From NCBI GenBank assembly GCA_013265495.1, contig MU058059.1, positions 3,077,502 through 3,141,501 on the forward strand: a stretch of 64,000 nucleotides of DNA. The letters run 5' to 3'. Position numbers and translations under genes: made by a program. Shown here piece by piece: positions 1-12,679 of the stretch. This DNA is from Vicugna vicugna (taxonomy: Eukaryota). The notes below the pieces were generated by a model that was given only the letters and a program-made list of their open reading frames with translations, had not been told where the DNA came from and made no database searches. Each line of letters begins with the position of its first letter. Position 1 is the stretch's first letter.

Positions 1-19
1 GTGTGTGTCTGTGTGTGTG

Positions 20-200
20 TGTTAGAATCTCCTCTTCCTATAAGGACACCAGTCACTTTGAATTAGGGCCCACCCCTGTAACCTCATTTTACCTTAGTCA
101 CCTCTTTAAAGGCCCTGTCTCCAAATCCAGCCACATTCTGAGGTGCTGGGGGTTAGGGTTTCTACAAAGGGATTGGTAGGAGGGCGATTCAGCCCCTAAC
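20..200 (-). mobile_element. MaLR LTR fragment (MLT1A/B/C-like)
   Basis: Contains typical MLT1 motifs: 'tcttcctataaggacaccagtca...ttagggcccacc...acctcattttacctta...ccctgtctccaaat...cacattctgaggtgctgggggttaggg'. Confidence 0.75.
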
Positions 201-325
201 AGGCTGAAAAGGAGGATAGAATATCTATGGAATATACATAAGAAACCGACAACACTGTTCACCCCCAAAGAAGGGATATGAATGGCTGGAGGCTGCGGAG
301 GGGAGAGGTCTCATTACACATCCTT

Positions 326-1226
326 TAAAAAAAAAGTATCAAAGTATAGATGATTCACAATGTGGTGTCAGTTTCAGGTGTACAGCACAGTGATTCAGTA
401 CAATCGAACTTATTCAGTAAAACATTTCTATGTACGTATTTTTTTTCTCAGATTCTTTCCCCTTATATGTTACTACAAGATATTGAATATAGTTCCTTTT
501 GCTTTCCAGTACATACTTGTTGTTTATCTCTTTTATATATAGTAGTGTGTATTTGCTACTCCCAAACTCCTAATCTACCCTTTTCCACTTTGGTAACCAA
601 AAGTTTGTTTTCTATGTCTGTGAGTCTCTTTTTGTTTTATAAATAAGTTCATTTATATCATTTTTAGATTCTACATATAAATGATATCATATGGTCTTTG
701 TCTTTCTGTCTGACTTCACTTAGCATGATCTCTAGGTCCATCCATGTTGCTGCAAATGGCATTACTTCATTCTTTTTTATTGCTGAGTAATAGTCCATTG
801 CATATATACATGCCACATCTTCTTTGTGAAGTCATCTGTCGAGAGACCCTTAGGATGCTTCCATGTCTTAACTGTAAATAGTGCTGCTATGAACGTTGGG
901 GTGCATGTACCTTTTTGAATTAGCATTTTCATATTTTCCAGATATATGCCCAGGAGTGGGATCACTGGATCATATGGAAACTCTGCTTTTCATTTTTAAG
1001 GAACCTCCATACTGTTCTCCACAGTGGCTGCATCAATTTACACTCCCACCAACAGTGCAGGAGGGCTCCCTTTTCTCCACACCCTCTCCAGCATTTTATT
1101 ATTTGCAGACTTTTTGATGATGGCCATTCTGGCTGCTGTGAGGTGATACCTCAATGTAGTTTTGATTTGCATTTTTCTCTCAATTAGTGATGTGGAGCAT
1201 CTTTTCATGTGCCTCTTGGCCATGTG
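326..1226 (-). mobile_element. LINE-1 3' fragment (end of ORF2 plus 3'UTR)
   Basis: Minus-strand ORFs 1038..1223 (MKRCSTSL...[12 protein letters not shown]) and 777..965 (IPLLGIY...CTPTFIAALFT) match the L1 ORF2 C-terminus; an L1 3'UTR follows. Confidence 0.92.
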
Positions 1227-3214
1227 ACATACCCTTCAGAACCTTCTGGATTTTGTATTACTTACATTGTGTATCAAAAGGATACACGAAATGTTAAATG
1301 TTTAAATCAAGAAGTTGAATTGGCAGGTGGGGCTTCAGACCGCATCTGGCCTTAGATGGGCAGGCTGTTTCTCTGCTGATGAAAGGACTAGTCCTTACAC
1401 TCCTCAAGGACAGCGTTTGCCTGCCTGTCACTTCTGTAATGGAAGTAAAGCTGCTGGAAGCCAGTGTTGTCACAAGATGAATGCTTCCTATTTCAAAAAC
1501 AAGCATCTGGACATTTATCTATTTTCAGAGTCCAGTTTTCTGTGACAACAGCATTTTCCCATCACTACTGTTACTGCATGGGAGAATGTGTTTGTAGCTG
1601 ACAACCATTTTACAAATAGTAAATATGGTGTGTAATGATAAATGCTCACTCAGGCTAAGAGATGTGTAATTGAACAACATTCTTGTAAGTGAACTATAGT
1701 TAAATAATATGTCTTGTATTGCCATAAGGTGGGGAATAAACTGTGCTTTAATAAATCTCAGGGATAAGAATAAATCTCCCAGTATCGCTTGGGAAGCTGA
1801 AAAGAGGTAGCGTGCAGACAACAGGACTGGTAAATACACCCCAAAGTGTTGCGAGGGATAATGACAGCAACTAGTAAGGGGTGCAGTTGTTCAGCGCTAG
1901 ATGTCTGCAGAGTGCTATGACACAGAGCTCATTTACTTCTTGTAACTACTCTTTGAAGCATAAATTTTGACTCATATTTTACAGATGAAAAATGTGAGTC
2001 AGTGGAGCAGGAAAATGGCCAGCATCAATTCTGAGTTTTTTTGCAGTTCAAAGCCTGTTTATTTGGTATTTGTCTCTAGAAATATTGTCAATTTGCATAA
2101 ATTGGTCCAACTTCAATTTGGCCAAAGGGTCTGCCCAAGTACCAAGAAAATATGATTCAGGGAACAAAACATGGGGTTTAAAAATGCACAAGAGAAGGGA
2201 AACTCTCCAACAGCACGTGACCACATATGCAAAGCATTTTCACATAGCTTGTCTCCTTCAATCCTTACCATGGGAGATACGCAGGGCAGTTCTTACCACA
2301 AACCCTCAAAGAAGCATTATATTAATAATACAATGTCTTTAATAATATGAAGCCTGTTTTACACCCTTGTTATGCTACTGAATGCTTCAATATATTTATC
2401 CACAGCTGAACCTAAAACCCTACAAAGTATAAAATCTAGGTACAGGATAGACCTCCGGTGACAGAATATTAACTGAACAAGACAAGGTTCTTGTTTTGCC
2501 AAGAATTAAATATTCAGCCATCAGCACTGTTGGGAGACAGTCACAGCCCCTCTCCAAGGTCCTGAGCACCTGACAGGGTCTCAGCCCACCATCCTCTCTG
2601 CACGACATGATGGACTCGCCTGCATATTGCGGTTATTCACTCCTTTGCTTTGGTTAGCAAAGGTTAAAGATCTGATTGTAATGTAACCGCGGGGATTCGC
2701 TTGAGTTGCCTATAATCTAGCCAGAGATAAGAAGCCTGTTCAGGAAGCACCACAAACTGAGCTAAAATCCCTCTGCCTCCAGGCCTAGCCTGGATGCAGG
2801 TTCTGACATAGCGGCTTCTATCTTCTGCTCTCTAAGAAACTCTGGGCAGCCTCCCAATTTCAGGAAGCCTGCAGAAGGGACCTTAGCACATCTATTTGGA
2901 TCTTCTTATTTTTTCATACTAGGAAGTTGTGCTCAATGCCCAGATATCATGTCCCTTGTCAGAATACTAGAAAAATGGAGTTTTAAAAATATGATGTGTG
3001 TGTGTTCACTGTGCCTCATTTTGCCCATCAAAGACAAGTAAAGCATCATTTGGAAATGACATTGATGAACTTACTTGCTGATGACAGTATTTGAAGAACT
3101 GCATAACATGTATTCATTCAAGGGCGCTCTATATATTGGCAACCTGTCAATCACTACATGTGAGAATCACTACACGGTGAGGCAGTAAGACAGCAGGGAA
3201 GCTCTGTCTCCTGA

Positions 3215-3360
3215 GTTAGAGGGACTTAGGTTTGAATCCTGACTCTGCCACCTACTACCTGTGTGATCTTGAGCAAATTACATCACTTCCCTGGGCCTCA
3301 GTCTCCTCATCAGCAAAATGGCCACATGACATCATCTACTCCTGTAGAGTGGTTATAAAA
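3215..3360 (+). mobile_element. MIR SINE fragment
   Basis: MIR core 'tttgaatcctgactctgccacctactacctgtgtgatcttgagcaaattacatcacttccctgggcctcagtctcctcatc'. Confidence 0.8.
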
Positions 3361-3384
3361 TTTCCGTGTGGAAAGAGAAGCCCC

Positions 3385-3795
3385 GTGACTGTAAGAAGAG
3401 AGAAGGAGAGGAAAGCGGGACTGGCTGCCTGCATCCCAGCTGAGCCCCGACTTCTAGTTTTCCCCCCTGAGACTTCATGGACCTGAACCACCTCCACAGG
3501 CCTGGACCACCTCTACAGATCTGAATCACCTCCATAGGCCTGGATCACCGGCACAGGCCTGAACCATATCCATAGGAGTGAACCACCTCCACAGGCCTGG
3601 ACCACCTCCACAGGTCTGGATCACCTTGGATCTCTCCAGCCCAACCAAGCCTGGATGACTGCAGCCCAGATAACATCATAGGAGCAGAAGAATCACCCCA
3701 ATGAGTCAGCCAGAGTCATGGGAGACAATAAAGTGTTGTTTTAAACCACCGAGTAGTGGGATGGTTTATAACCCAGCAGGAGATTACTGGGACAC
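3385..3795 (+). mobile_element. Old MaLR LTR (MLT1H/J-like) containing a minisatellite
   Basis: Motifs 'cccagctgagcccc', 'ggagcagaagaatcacccc', 'aataaagtgttgttttaaacca...gggatggttt' resemble the MLT1 3' end. Confidence 0.6.
3482..3625 (+). repeat. 19-bp minisatellite, about 7.6 copies (consensus CCTGRAYCACCTCCACAGG)
   Basis: Units read directly, starting at 3482, 3501, 3520, 3539, 3558, 3577, 3596 and 3615. Confidence 0.95.
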
Positions 3796-6459
3796 TGACC
3801 CAGGCCAGTTCCACCAGAAATGACACGTCTATCTTACCAGCCACTAACTTCACAATTCAGCTTGTTACAAGGGAAGTGGTCCTCTTCCCCGAAGCCCCCC
3901 AGCCCCTCTGTGCCCCTTAGAGTGAACTCTGCACCACTGTCTGCAGGGTTGCCCAGCGGCCCCACTGATGCGAGGGGGAAAGTCACGAGGTTTTCAGCTG
4001 TGACACCGGGTCACTCTGTCCCCAGGACGCAGCCCAGCCTTGTGATGGTGACAGCTCAAAAGCCACTCACCGAGGACTAAACAAGCACATGCAGTTTCAC
4101 CAACTGTCCTGTGTTCTCACGCCTCCACTTCCCAGGCTGCCTCGGTCACTCCCAACACTATCCCACTCTCGACTGACTAGCTTAGCTCTTTATCTTTAGG
4201 ACGGAGCTGGAAGTCACCCTTTCCCAGGCACCCCCCACCTATCCCCACCCCAAGCCTGGTAATTAAGGCCCCTCCCCTGCGTACCAGAGCAGCCATGATG
4301 GAGACAGGCTATGGGACAGCTGGAATAGCATGTGAGGACAGGATGGTCTGGCCTCTGCTGTGTGTTGAGGGACAGTTTCTTTGGCGTGTCTCCTGATGTC
4401 TCCTCCCTCATCCCCATGAGGCTGTTCCCCTGCAGCATTCCCATCCGTGACACTCAGCCATGAGGGTTTTCATCCAACGAAGTCAGATGAGCAGGAGATG
4501 CTCAGAGTCCCTGATCTGCTTTGAGCCACGAGGTGACTTTCCGGAGTCCATGGTGGGACAACTCCCTCCTACGGAGAGAAGTTTTCTAGATTTCAGAAAT
4601 TCCCTTACAGATCAATAGCCAGGCCTGGCCAACCTGAAGTAGACAGTCTGGGGTCCAGATAGTCCTAGGTGACCTCGGCAGAAAACTCATGGAGAAAGAC
4701 ACCAGCTGCCCGCCAGGCAGGCGTGCGGCTGCAGCTCCACCCGCCCGGCAGGTGTGCTCCCGGGTCCTTGTCTCTCGTTCTCATCAGCTCAGCCTCCACC
4801 CAGAAACCTCAGGAAATCCCTTCACTTGGCAGCCCAGACAGATGGTCTCCACGCTTCTCAGTACATGGACACTGCAGCCCACAGGGCAGCACAGAACAGG
4901 GGAGATTTATTAAGAGAAGGAAGCATCCGAAGCACACTGATCCTGCCCCACAGGGAACCCATGCCCTCTCCCGAGGACAGCACGCTCTCCTTCCGAAGCA
5001 CATCGGGTGCCAGCCCCGGAACTCCTGGTGGAGGAGGGGAAGCTGCATGCCGAGCAGGCTCCTCAGTGTGCAGCCCCGGGGGCCTCTGGGTAGACGGCGG
5101 CCTGGACACCCAACCCTGGGAGTCAGATCTCCGCCCCGGCACCCAGGGCTGACACCAACAAGACCCCCAGGGAAAGTCAGCAGCTCAATCTCTACTTTAC
5201 AATCATTACGTGGGAGCAAACCTGGCCCAATTCTTAGATTTTTAGTGGAGCAACCAGAATCTTTGCCACTTCCCAATTTCTGCAGAGCCCGTGGAAATTA
5301 CTCAATGATTCAGAAATAGAGGCTGAGCCTGGAGGACGTCTCAGTAAATCCAGGGCTGGGCCCCGCTTCTCCTCCCGGCAGGTAAGAGCCCGCTTCTCCC
5401 AGGGCCTAGCTCACCCTCACCAGGCACTGTGGGCCTCCACGAGTCCCCTCGCCTCACAGCACCTGTCTGGTGATCTGGGCAGAGGGCCGGCTCCTCACCT
5501 GTCCCTCTGGCTGAGCACAGAGACAGCCAGCCCTGGCCCCCTTCCCTTCCAGTCCACATCCTCCTCCTCCCTGCACCCTGACACACATGCTCCCACAACT
5601 CTGGGTGACAAGGGAGCAGTCACCTTCAGTTCACTGCTCTGGCCAAGAACGCACACCAGATGGAAGACCGCAGAGAGTGCTGGGCGCCTGGGAAGGGGGG
5701 GCTGTTTGGGGGGCTGTCACCATAACAACAGGAGGGGGCATGCCGAGGTTCCTATTCTCCGGCTGCCACTCATTAGGATGAACGTCCCCCTGGCCCTGGA
5801 GCAGCCGCGCCCTAGCGGCCTGCTACTGACAGAGGCTGGTTTCCTTCTCTCTGAGGAACTTCGCCCAAGACTGCAGTTGTGTTTGGTTGTTTTTTTCTTT
5901 TTAAAAAACCCTGACAGGTTTAAGAATGCTTTGTTTTCACGCTGTATTGTGAGGGCTCAGATGCCTCGGGATTCTTTCCAAACAAACACCATTCTGTGAA
6001 AATAAGAGGCAGCAGCATTAACTAACTTAGTGTTGAACAAGTTGGGGGCGGGGTGGGAGGCCACTTGTGGCCTCGCCCTGTGAGAGACTCAACAGGTGCC
6101 TCTCCCGGCCCCTCCGACAGCAGGACCAGCCGGAGCTCACGTTTGGAAGTGTGGTTTTCCCTGTTTATACAGTAAACCGTTTACTAAGGTTCATCCCAGA
6201 AAAGCATACGGTTGACGTGCAACGACCCTTCAAACTGATACAGGATTGGGTGGGTTTGATGTGGCTCTAGGGACCAAAAGTGAGAGCAAGTTTCACTGAG
6301 AATGCCAATAATTCAGTCTTCTTTCAAATCTCTGTGTATTAACTATGTTCCACAAAGGTTTGAGGCAGCTTACCGAAAAGCACGTATCAGATTTACAGAC
6401 ACAAATACTTGAGGGAATTGATGCTGGGAAAACAACGGGTAGGCGTATAAGAACACTAC

Positions 6460-6855
6460 GGTCGGGAGGTTTTGGACAAGGACGCCACGACAGCGCGCTC
6501 CGGCCTCCTGAGTGCCTGGAGCGCGGAGCAGGGCGCCCGCAGCGCGCTCACCGCCCTCGGCGGCCGGAAGCCGCGCCGCTGGCCCTGGTGAGCACGCCGG
6601 GCTCTGCTGGTGGGCGTGGTCCTCCCGCCACGGGGGAAGCGTCCCCGGGCACCCCCGCCTCTCCCCGCACCCGGGACGCGCAGCTCTGCCCTGCTGGCCG
6701 GCCAGGGAACGAACGAAGGGGCGGGGGCCCAAGGGCGAGGGGCAGCCCAGGCGGGTTACCCTCTTTACCTCCGACTGCGCCCCAGCGAGCACGTGGAACC
6801 AGCGGCCTCCCCACAGGCTGCTCGGGGCCTCAGAGCACTGACACCTCCGGAGTTG
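6460..6855. promoter_or_regulatory. CpG island, candidate promoter and first exon
   Basis: Dense CpG and high GC; ETS/GABPA CCGGAAG at 6564-6570; E-box CACGTG near 6790; G|GTGAGC splice donors on both strands (6546-6552 minus, 6587-6593 plus). Confidence 0.7.
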
Positions 6856-7132
6856 CCCTTAAACCAAAGGCTTTCTGCAAAAAAAGAAAAAAAAGGAAAA
6901 AAACTAAAAAAGAAGAAGACAACCTCTTGGCTTCCGGTTTGGATTTAGTGATGTTTGTTTTCCCAACGCTCTCCTGACCTTTCATAAGGCCTGAAACGTG
7001 ATACTCCCTGCAGATCTGCTGTCCCTGCTCTGATGAGGGAAACATCCAGAGAACAACGCGACTCCTCCGCATCTGTGCCTTCAGTCAGTCTAGTGGTGGT
7101 AAGATGCGAGTTCTCGTTCATGAACTGCAAAG

Positions 7133-7346
7133 CAGGGGTTCACACCTGGGGGCGGGGTGAGGGGAGTCTCCCGCCCCCAGGAGGCAGCTTTAGCTGTCAC
7201 ACCGATGGCGGAGGGGAGCGCTATGAGCGTCTGTTGAGTGGGTCGAGGCCAGGCATGCTGCTAACACCCCCCGTGAGGACAGCCCCCCTCCCCCAGCAAA
7301 ACGTGATCCAGCGCGAAACGTCAACAGTGCAGAGGCTGAGAAACCA
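7133..7346 (+). mobile_element. MER20 (hAT-Charlie MITE)
   Basis: Matches MER20 motifs 'gtgggtcgaggccaggcatgctgctaa...ggacagccccc...aaacgtcaacagtgcagaggctgagaaacc'. Confidence 0.75.
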
Positions 7347-7556
7347 GCCCTTCCACAAACTAAATCAAGAGAATAAAGATGGTCACGGTTGAACGAGAAA
7401 GTTCAAAACGAGATAAAATCATGCTTCTCATACAGATGAAAAACAGGAACCCATGATAGAGTTTGTATGTAACTCACGAGGGAAGCAAATGCTGGAGCAA
7501 ACGTTATACAGCCTATTCAAAAGAGAAAAACAACCCTGAAGAACAAAGATCCAGGC

Positions 7557-7742
7557 GTATGGCAGGGAACTATATTCAATTTCCTGTGATGAGCCATAAT
7601 AGAAAGAAAGCTGAAAATATATTTATGTGTGTATATTTATTTATGTATGTATGTATGTATAACCAAATCGCTCTGTTGTACACCTGAAACTAACATTGTA
7701 AATAGACTACACTTCAATAAAAAATAAAAGTTAAAAAAAAAT
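7557..7742 (+). mobile_element. Short L1 3'UTR fragment with A-rich tail
   Basis: 'cagggaactatattcaat...tgttgtacacctgaaactaacattgtaaatagactacacttcaataaaaa', homologous to the other L1 3' ends in the window. Confidence 0.85.
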
Positions 7743-9819
7743 AGACCAGAAAATCAGGTGTATTGAAGTTGCAAATTGAGGCACAACTGGGTTTTGCCAG
7801 TGGGGGAGGGAAGCACGCAGACCCTCTTCCAGATAGGATGGGACAGGTGTCTCCAGCAGTCCCTGACATGGCACAAAACTGAAATAGCTCTCAGAGAACT
7901 GGGACCTGTCAGAAGGGTGTGCTGCAGACAGTGTGAGGGCCAAACTCTGAAGCTTCTCAGGAGTTAGGTGTTTGCTAGGTCAAGGTCAGTTTTAGAGTCC
8001 TTTGGGGACTGTGGACTAATGTGAAGAAAAGTTTCAGCGTGAGAGCACTTAGTTCTGCTCCTGTCTTGTCCAACAGACCCACAAGCCCAGTGATGGACCA
8101 ACAGTCATAAGAGCCTGAGGTCCACAGATCTCACTGGTCCCCTAAGCTGAGGAATAAGCATTGAAATTCTGCAAGCACTTGAAGCAGCAGAATTTGCAAG
8201 ACATGGGACCAGACCAGGCTCTGGGACTTCCTCTTGGTGTGGAAGACAGGTACACCCAGGGAAGGGGACTGAGTGGGGGAGGGGGTGCTGGCAGAGGAAG
8301 GGCTTAAAGGCAAGGACTTCAGGATGAATGGAGGGGAGAGGAAGTGCCCCATCTGGGAAGCCAAGCTCCTCTGCGGAGTGAAGCAACGAGGAGTGACCCA
8401 ATGATCTGATCTGGAGAAGAGGTATAGGGTCCCACCAGGGAATAGCTTCTTGCAATATATTTTATTTTAGAGAAGCAATGTGAAATTTTTGCTGTATACT
8501 GTTTTCTTTTCTTCCTTTCTTTCTTTTTCTTTTTTAAGGAAATGCAGCTTGCTTATTTTCAAGCACAAACAATAACTTGAGCTTGGCTAACCAAATATTG
8601 CATAACTGAAGGATCCTCTCTGCTTCCATTTTGCACGAAAATAACTTATCTTAGGAGGCATCTTGTTCCCCAGTCACTCCACTACTTAATTCCTCCCCCA
8701 TAGAGAGCTCAAACATAAACTTTACCTCAGTCCTCCTAGATCACAACACACATCCTATTGGTAACTATGAATTGAGGCTTCTTACCATGTTTCTGGATAT
8801 GTCGATGAGCGACAGAGACCAGCCTGAGATTTTTCAGCAAGGACACAAAATCTAAATCAGTGAACTGTCTGTTCACAGCATGAATATAAGAACACTAAAA
8901 CACTGAGGGTATAGCATTTCAGTTAGTAATTTGCTGGGTTTAAACATGCAAGAACACATTTTTATTTGCAGACATTCATGAAGGGCAGAAGTCACTGAAT
9001 TCTTTAAGCTGCAGTAAGTAAGTGGGTTTACACTGGTCAGGATGTGAGAGTGACTTTAAGCAATTGAACTGTTCTAAGATGGGCTGATAAAGACTGGAAA
9101 CGCATTGAATCTCAACAGGAAAACACCGTTTTATACTGAGTCTGTTCAGTCAACGTGATTCTGCTGATGGCTGTGATGCAAAGACTAGCCAGTCATCCAT
9201 TTGGAAATTTATTCTGGAAAAAATTCACATTCCTGGAGCAGCTGGGAGGAAACTGATCAGAAACATGACCTCAAGATGGATGGCGAGTGGGCGTGTCTAC
9301 ACTGCTTTCCACTTTCATCAGCATTTCAACTCAGGAGTTTTCTCCTAAATATCTGGATTGCTAGCTTCTCTGGAAGACTAGGGAGGCCTGGCCACACGGC
9401 GCCAGGGTTCACACGGGGCCACAGATGTGACCACAGCTGCCACCTCCGAAGCTCTTCCTCATCACAGGTGGCCCAGTCACCCGTGGTCTCCCCACACAAG
9501 GCAAAGGCCAACTGTCCACTGTCTTATGCTTGTGTTTTTTAATGATTTGCAGAGCTATCAGGAAAATGAGATCATCCTGTACTCACATCTCTTTCAAAAC
9601 CCAAAACAAATCAATATAGGGGAGGGAAAAGGTTTCCTTAAGCCTCTTAGGGTCCCTGGCTGGGTCTGAACTTGAAGCTGACAGAGATGAACAGGAGAAA
9701 AGCGTACAGATTCACTGACTAGAAGTTCTAGGTGGCCCGGGAGCCCCATAAGGAGAGGAAGATGGGAAGGAGCAGTTAGACTGTGGACTTCTCTGCTGGG
9801 TTCCATGAGCACGACGGGA

Positions 9820-10071
9820 TGTGAGTGCCGTAATCTGGGGGATCTTAGCCAGGCCTGTAGGTAGGATTCGTCTCAAGTCCTCCCGAAGATAAGATGCTTC
9901 TGTCCTCTGGGTACAGGGAGCCCTCACCTCATATGAGGGTTTCAGGGGAGAAGGCGGAGGAAGGTCAGAGTGACTTTGCTTCTGCTGTGTTTTCAGAATC
10001 CTTTAGCTTAAAATCCTCAGTGCACCAACACACCATATTCTGGAGTAGTATTTGTTCCCTAAACCCCAACA
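9820..10071 (-). mobile_element. ERV1-class LTR fragment
   Basis: 'aaggtcagagtgactttgcttctgctgtgttttcag...ccatattctggagtag...aaaccccaaca' resembles MER4/MER41/LTR8-type termini. Confidence 0.55.
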
Positions 10072-10739
10072 CCAAACAGCGTGGGGAATTCTACTTCTTT
10101 GGAAGTGACGTACATTCCTAGATGCTAAATGTGCAAAGTGGGTCTGGAATGAAAGAGTATTGTTTCTTTTAAGTTTATTTCACTCATTTGCAATTACTCA
10201 CCTGACTCAGAGGTATTTGAGTTTCTATCTCTAGTGTCAACCAGCTGTAAGAAAACGTTTTCCTTAATTCCAGAGGGCCCACTGACATGTCAACCCAGTG
10301 CAGTATCGTGGATCTCTTCGGTCTGTGATTTAAACAAACCAACAGGAATACAACAGTTTGAGACAATGCACAGTTCAAGCAGCAGCTGAGGTTTCACTGA
10401 GGAACTGTGGAGGTTTGTAGTGTGGTAATGATGTTTTTAATGTTTTAAACGTTTTCATCTGTTAAAGATACACAATGAAATATTCATCGGTGAAAAGACA
10501 TGATTTCTGGTTTGCTCTAAAATATTCCAGACAATGTGCTCTTTTGAAACTGTCCCACAATGAACGGTTTAAGAAACCATGTCTGCCGCCCTGTCCCGGG
10601 GCTTGGGAGCCTGTCAGCGTGCAAAGCAGCACTTGATCCTTTTCGCCCTGTGCCCCCTTTGCTGTCCCCCAAAACCGCCGCGGACCACCCTCCACCAGTA
10701 CTGCTAACTTCTCTCTGCATGCCAGACGGTGTCTTTTAA

Positions 10740-11050
10740 ATAGCGTAATTTATCTACATATATTAATAGGTTATTTGAAATTTTTAACTTAAAATGTTTA
10801 TTTTAAATTCTGTACTTTTATATTTTTGTGTATGTATTTGTCGTATATTCATATAGAATAAATTATTTATATATTTATTATGTTATATTCATATTGTTAT
10901 ATTAATTTATTATGTATTCATATATAATGTATTAGATATTCATATATGTTTATTTAAACATTCATATTTATTTAATTTATTCTATATAACTATAGAATAA
11001 ATTAAATTATAATTTAAAATAAAATTTTAAAGGATATTTATTTTACAATG
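10740..11050. repeat. AT-rich low-complexity tract with recurrent ATATTCATAT
   Basis: About 300 bp that is mostly A/T, read directly. Confidence 0.85.
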
Positions 11051-11854
11051 AGAATGTTTATCATTTTGGAGGCATTTCTCTCCACTGGGTCTCTGTACAG
11101 GCCACATCAGGCTGACCTCAGCAGTGGCCTGACTGTGTCCCAAGGATACCCTTGAAGAGGACTCTGTGGGGCCCCCAGGGTCCTTTCCCCTCCCACCTTC
11201 ACCTTCCACAATGAGCTCACTGACACAGGTGATTCAGTGGTGTGGTTCCCACGGGGGCCAGGCCCACAGTGTCTGATAATAACCACAGGGGCTGAGATTT
11301 TCAAAACACTCATCTTTCAGTCAGCTCATTTCCAGACAAGAGCTTCCTTGAGAAGTCCCTGAAGCTAAAAACGGCCCTTTTCTGGGTCCACAAATTATAG
11401 GTCTCTATTCTCAAGTCCTACACGATTACCTTCCTAAGAGGCATGTGTGCCCAGCACTGCCCTCTGCGTCCCCCGGCTCGGTGCTCTTGCATGTCAGCCT
11501 GACCCGCCTGGAGAACCGGGAAAGAAGGAAGCTAAACCGCCCACCCAGGGAAGGTGCGGATTTTCATGACAGCAGGACTAGACTGTATTATCACCCTCCA
11601 TTCAGAGCTTCTTACTTTACAGTCTCCCCTCAACCTCCTTAAGAATGCTGTAAAAGACTCTCAGCCCTGGGTTCACAGACCACAGGACAGAGTTTATCAC
11701 GTGCACCCCAGGTGTGGACTGCCCTCCTTCCACAAGAGTGAAAGGGGTGGGCGGGGAAGGCGGACGTTACTAGACAGATGTTCTTAGCAAGCTGTGTGGA
11801 CTTGGGCGAGTCTCTTAACACCCCTATACCCCCTTTTTTGTATATAAACATGAG

Positions 11855-12378
11855 GTGTGAATATCCAGACAGACAGTGGCCAGACCAGACATAAAAACAG
11901 AGCTCTGACCATGTCTGCAGAAACCGCCTAGAATCATCACGATCCACAACAGCCAGCCCAGGAAACAGCATGCTACCGGGAGGTCAGGCCACTCTGTCTA
12001 GCAAACAGTCCAGGGAGCCAAACAGTAACTTCGGAAATAACTGGCCCCAAATGGCCAGGACTTGATGAGTAACTGACAGCTTCCCTGATTTTCACGCCTG
12101 CTTACAACTTAGGACCAACCAAAGGAAGCCAGATACGCACCCCTAACTGACCACGCAGGAAGTCCCGCTTCCAGTGAGCCCGCCCACAGCATCCTCACAC
12201 CGCAGCCTCCAGTCAGGGCACACCCGCAACCTTCCTGTTTCCACCGGGAAGCTTTCTCACTCCTCTGCCTGCCTTTGAATCTCTGACAAAACATAGGTGC
12301 CATAGCTGACTCCCTGGCAAACTCTGCCTAAACAGGCTTCACTTGCTCTCATTTGAGTGGTCCTCCTTTACTGCCACG
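11855..12378 (+). mobile_element. Solo ERV-type LTR
   Basis: About 520 bp with LTR-like motifs 'aactggccccaaatggccaggacttgat...aactgacagcttccctgatttt...aggaccaacc'; subfamily uncertain. Confidence 0.55.
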
Positions 12379-12679
12379 TGAGGAAGGGGTAGGCTGGATG
12401 ATCGATCTACGGCCCCAGTGTTCTTGGTTTTTGGCTTATTCAATAAATATTTTCTGTGCAGCTAGTTCATGTCAAGCACGGTGCTAGACGCTAGAGCTAT
12501 CTGGTGAGTTTCCAGTCTCATGAGAGAGGGTGTCATAAATCAATCTTCCAAACAAATGTAAAGCCACACTGTTACGAGTAGCCGTGCAGCGTGCCACCAG
12601 AAACTAAGGTGGTTCCCCTTGTCAAAGAGAAAGAGAGGAACTTCTCTGGTTCTGTTGTCTGAGACTAAGAACACGGACC

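Noticed and set aside
2420..2620. Minus-strand ATG in a CCATCATG context as a first coding exon
   Set aside because: Weak acceptor and no recognisable peptide.
3482..3625. CRISPR-like periodic repeat
   Set aside because: No unique spacers and no cas genes in mammalian DNA; it is a minisatellite.
4669..5319. 216-aa ORF and overlapping ORFs
   Set aside because: GC-rich, open in several frames on both strands, non-ATG start and no recognisable domain.
6345..6977. 210-aa ORF across the CpG island
   Set aside because: Its low-complexity P/R/G/A composition and poly-K tract come from GC content and an A-run; no homology recognised.
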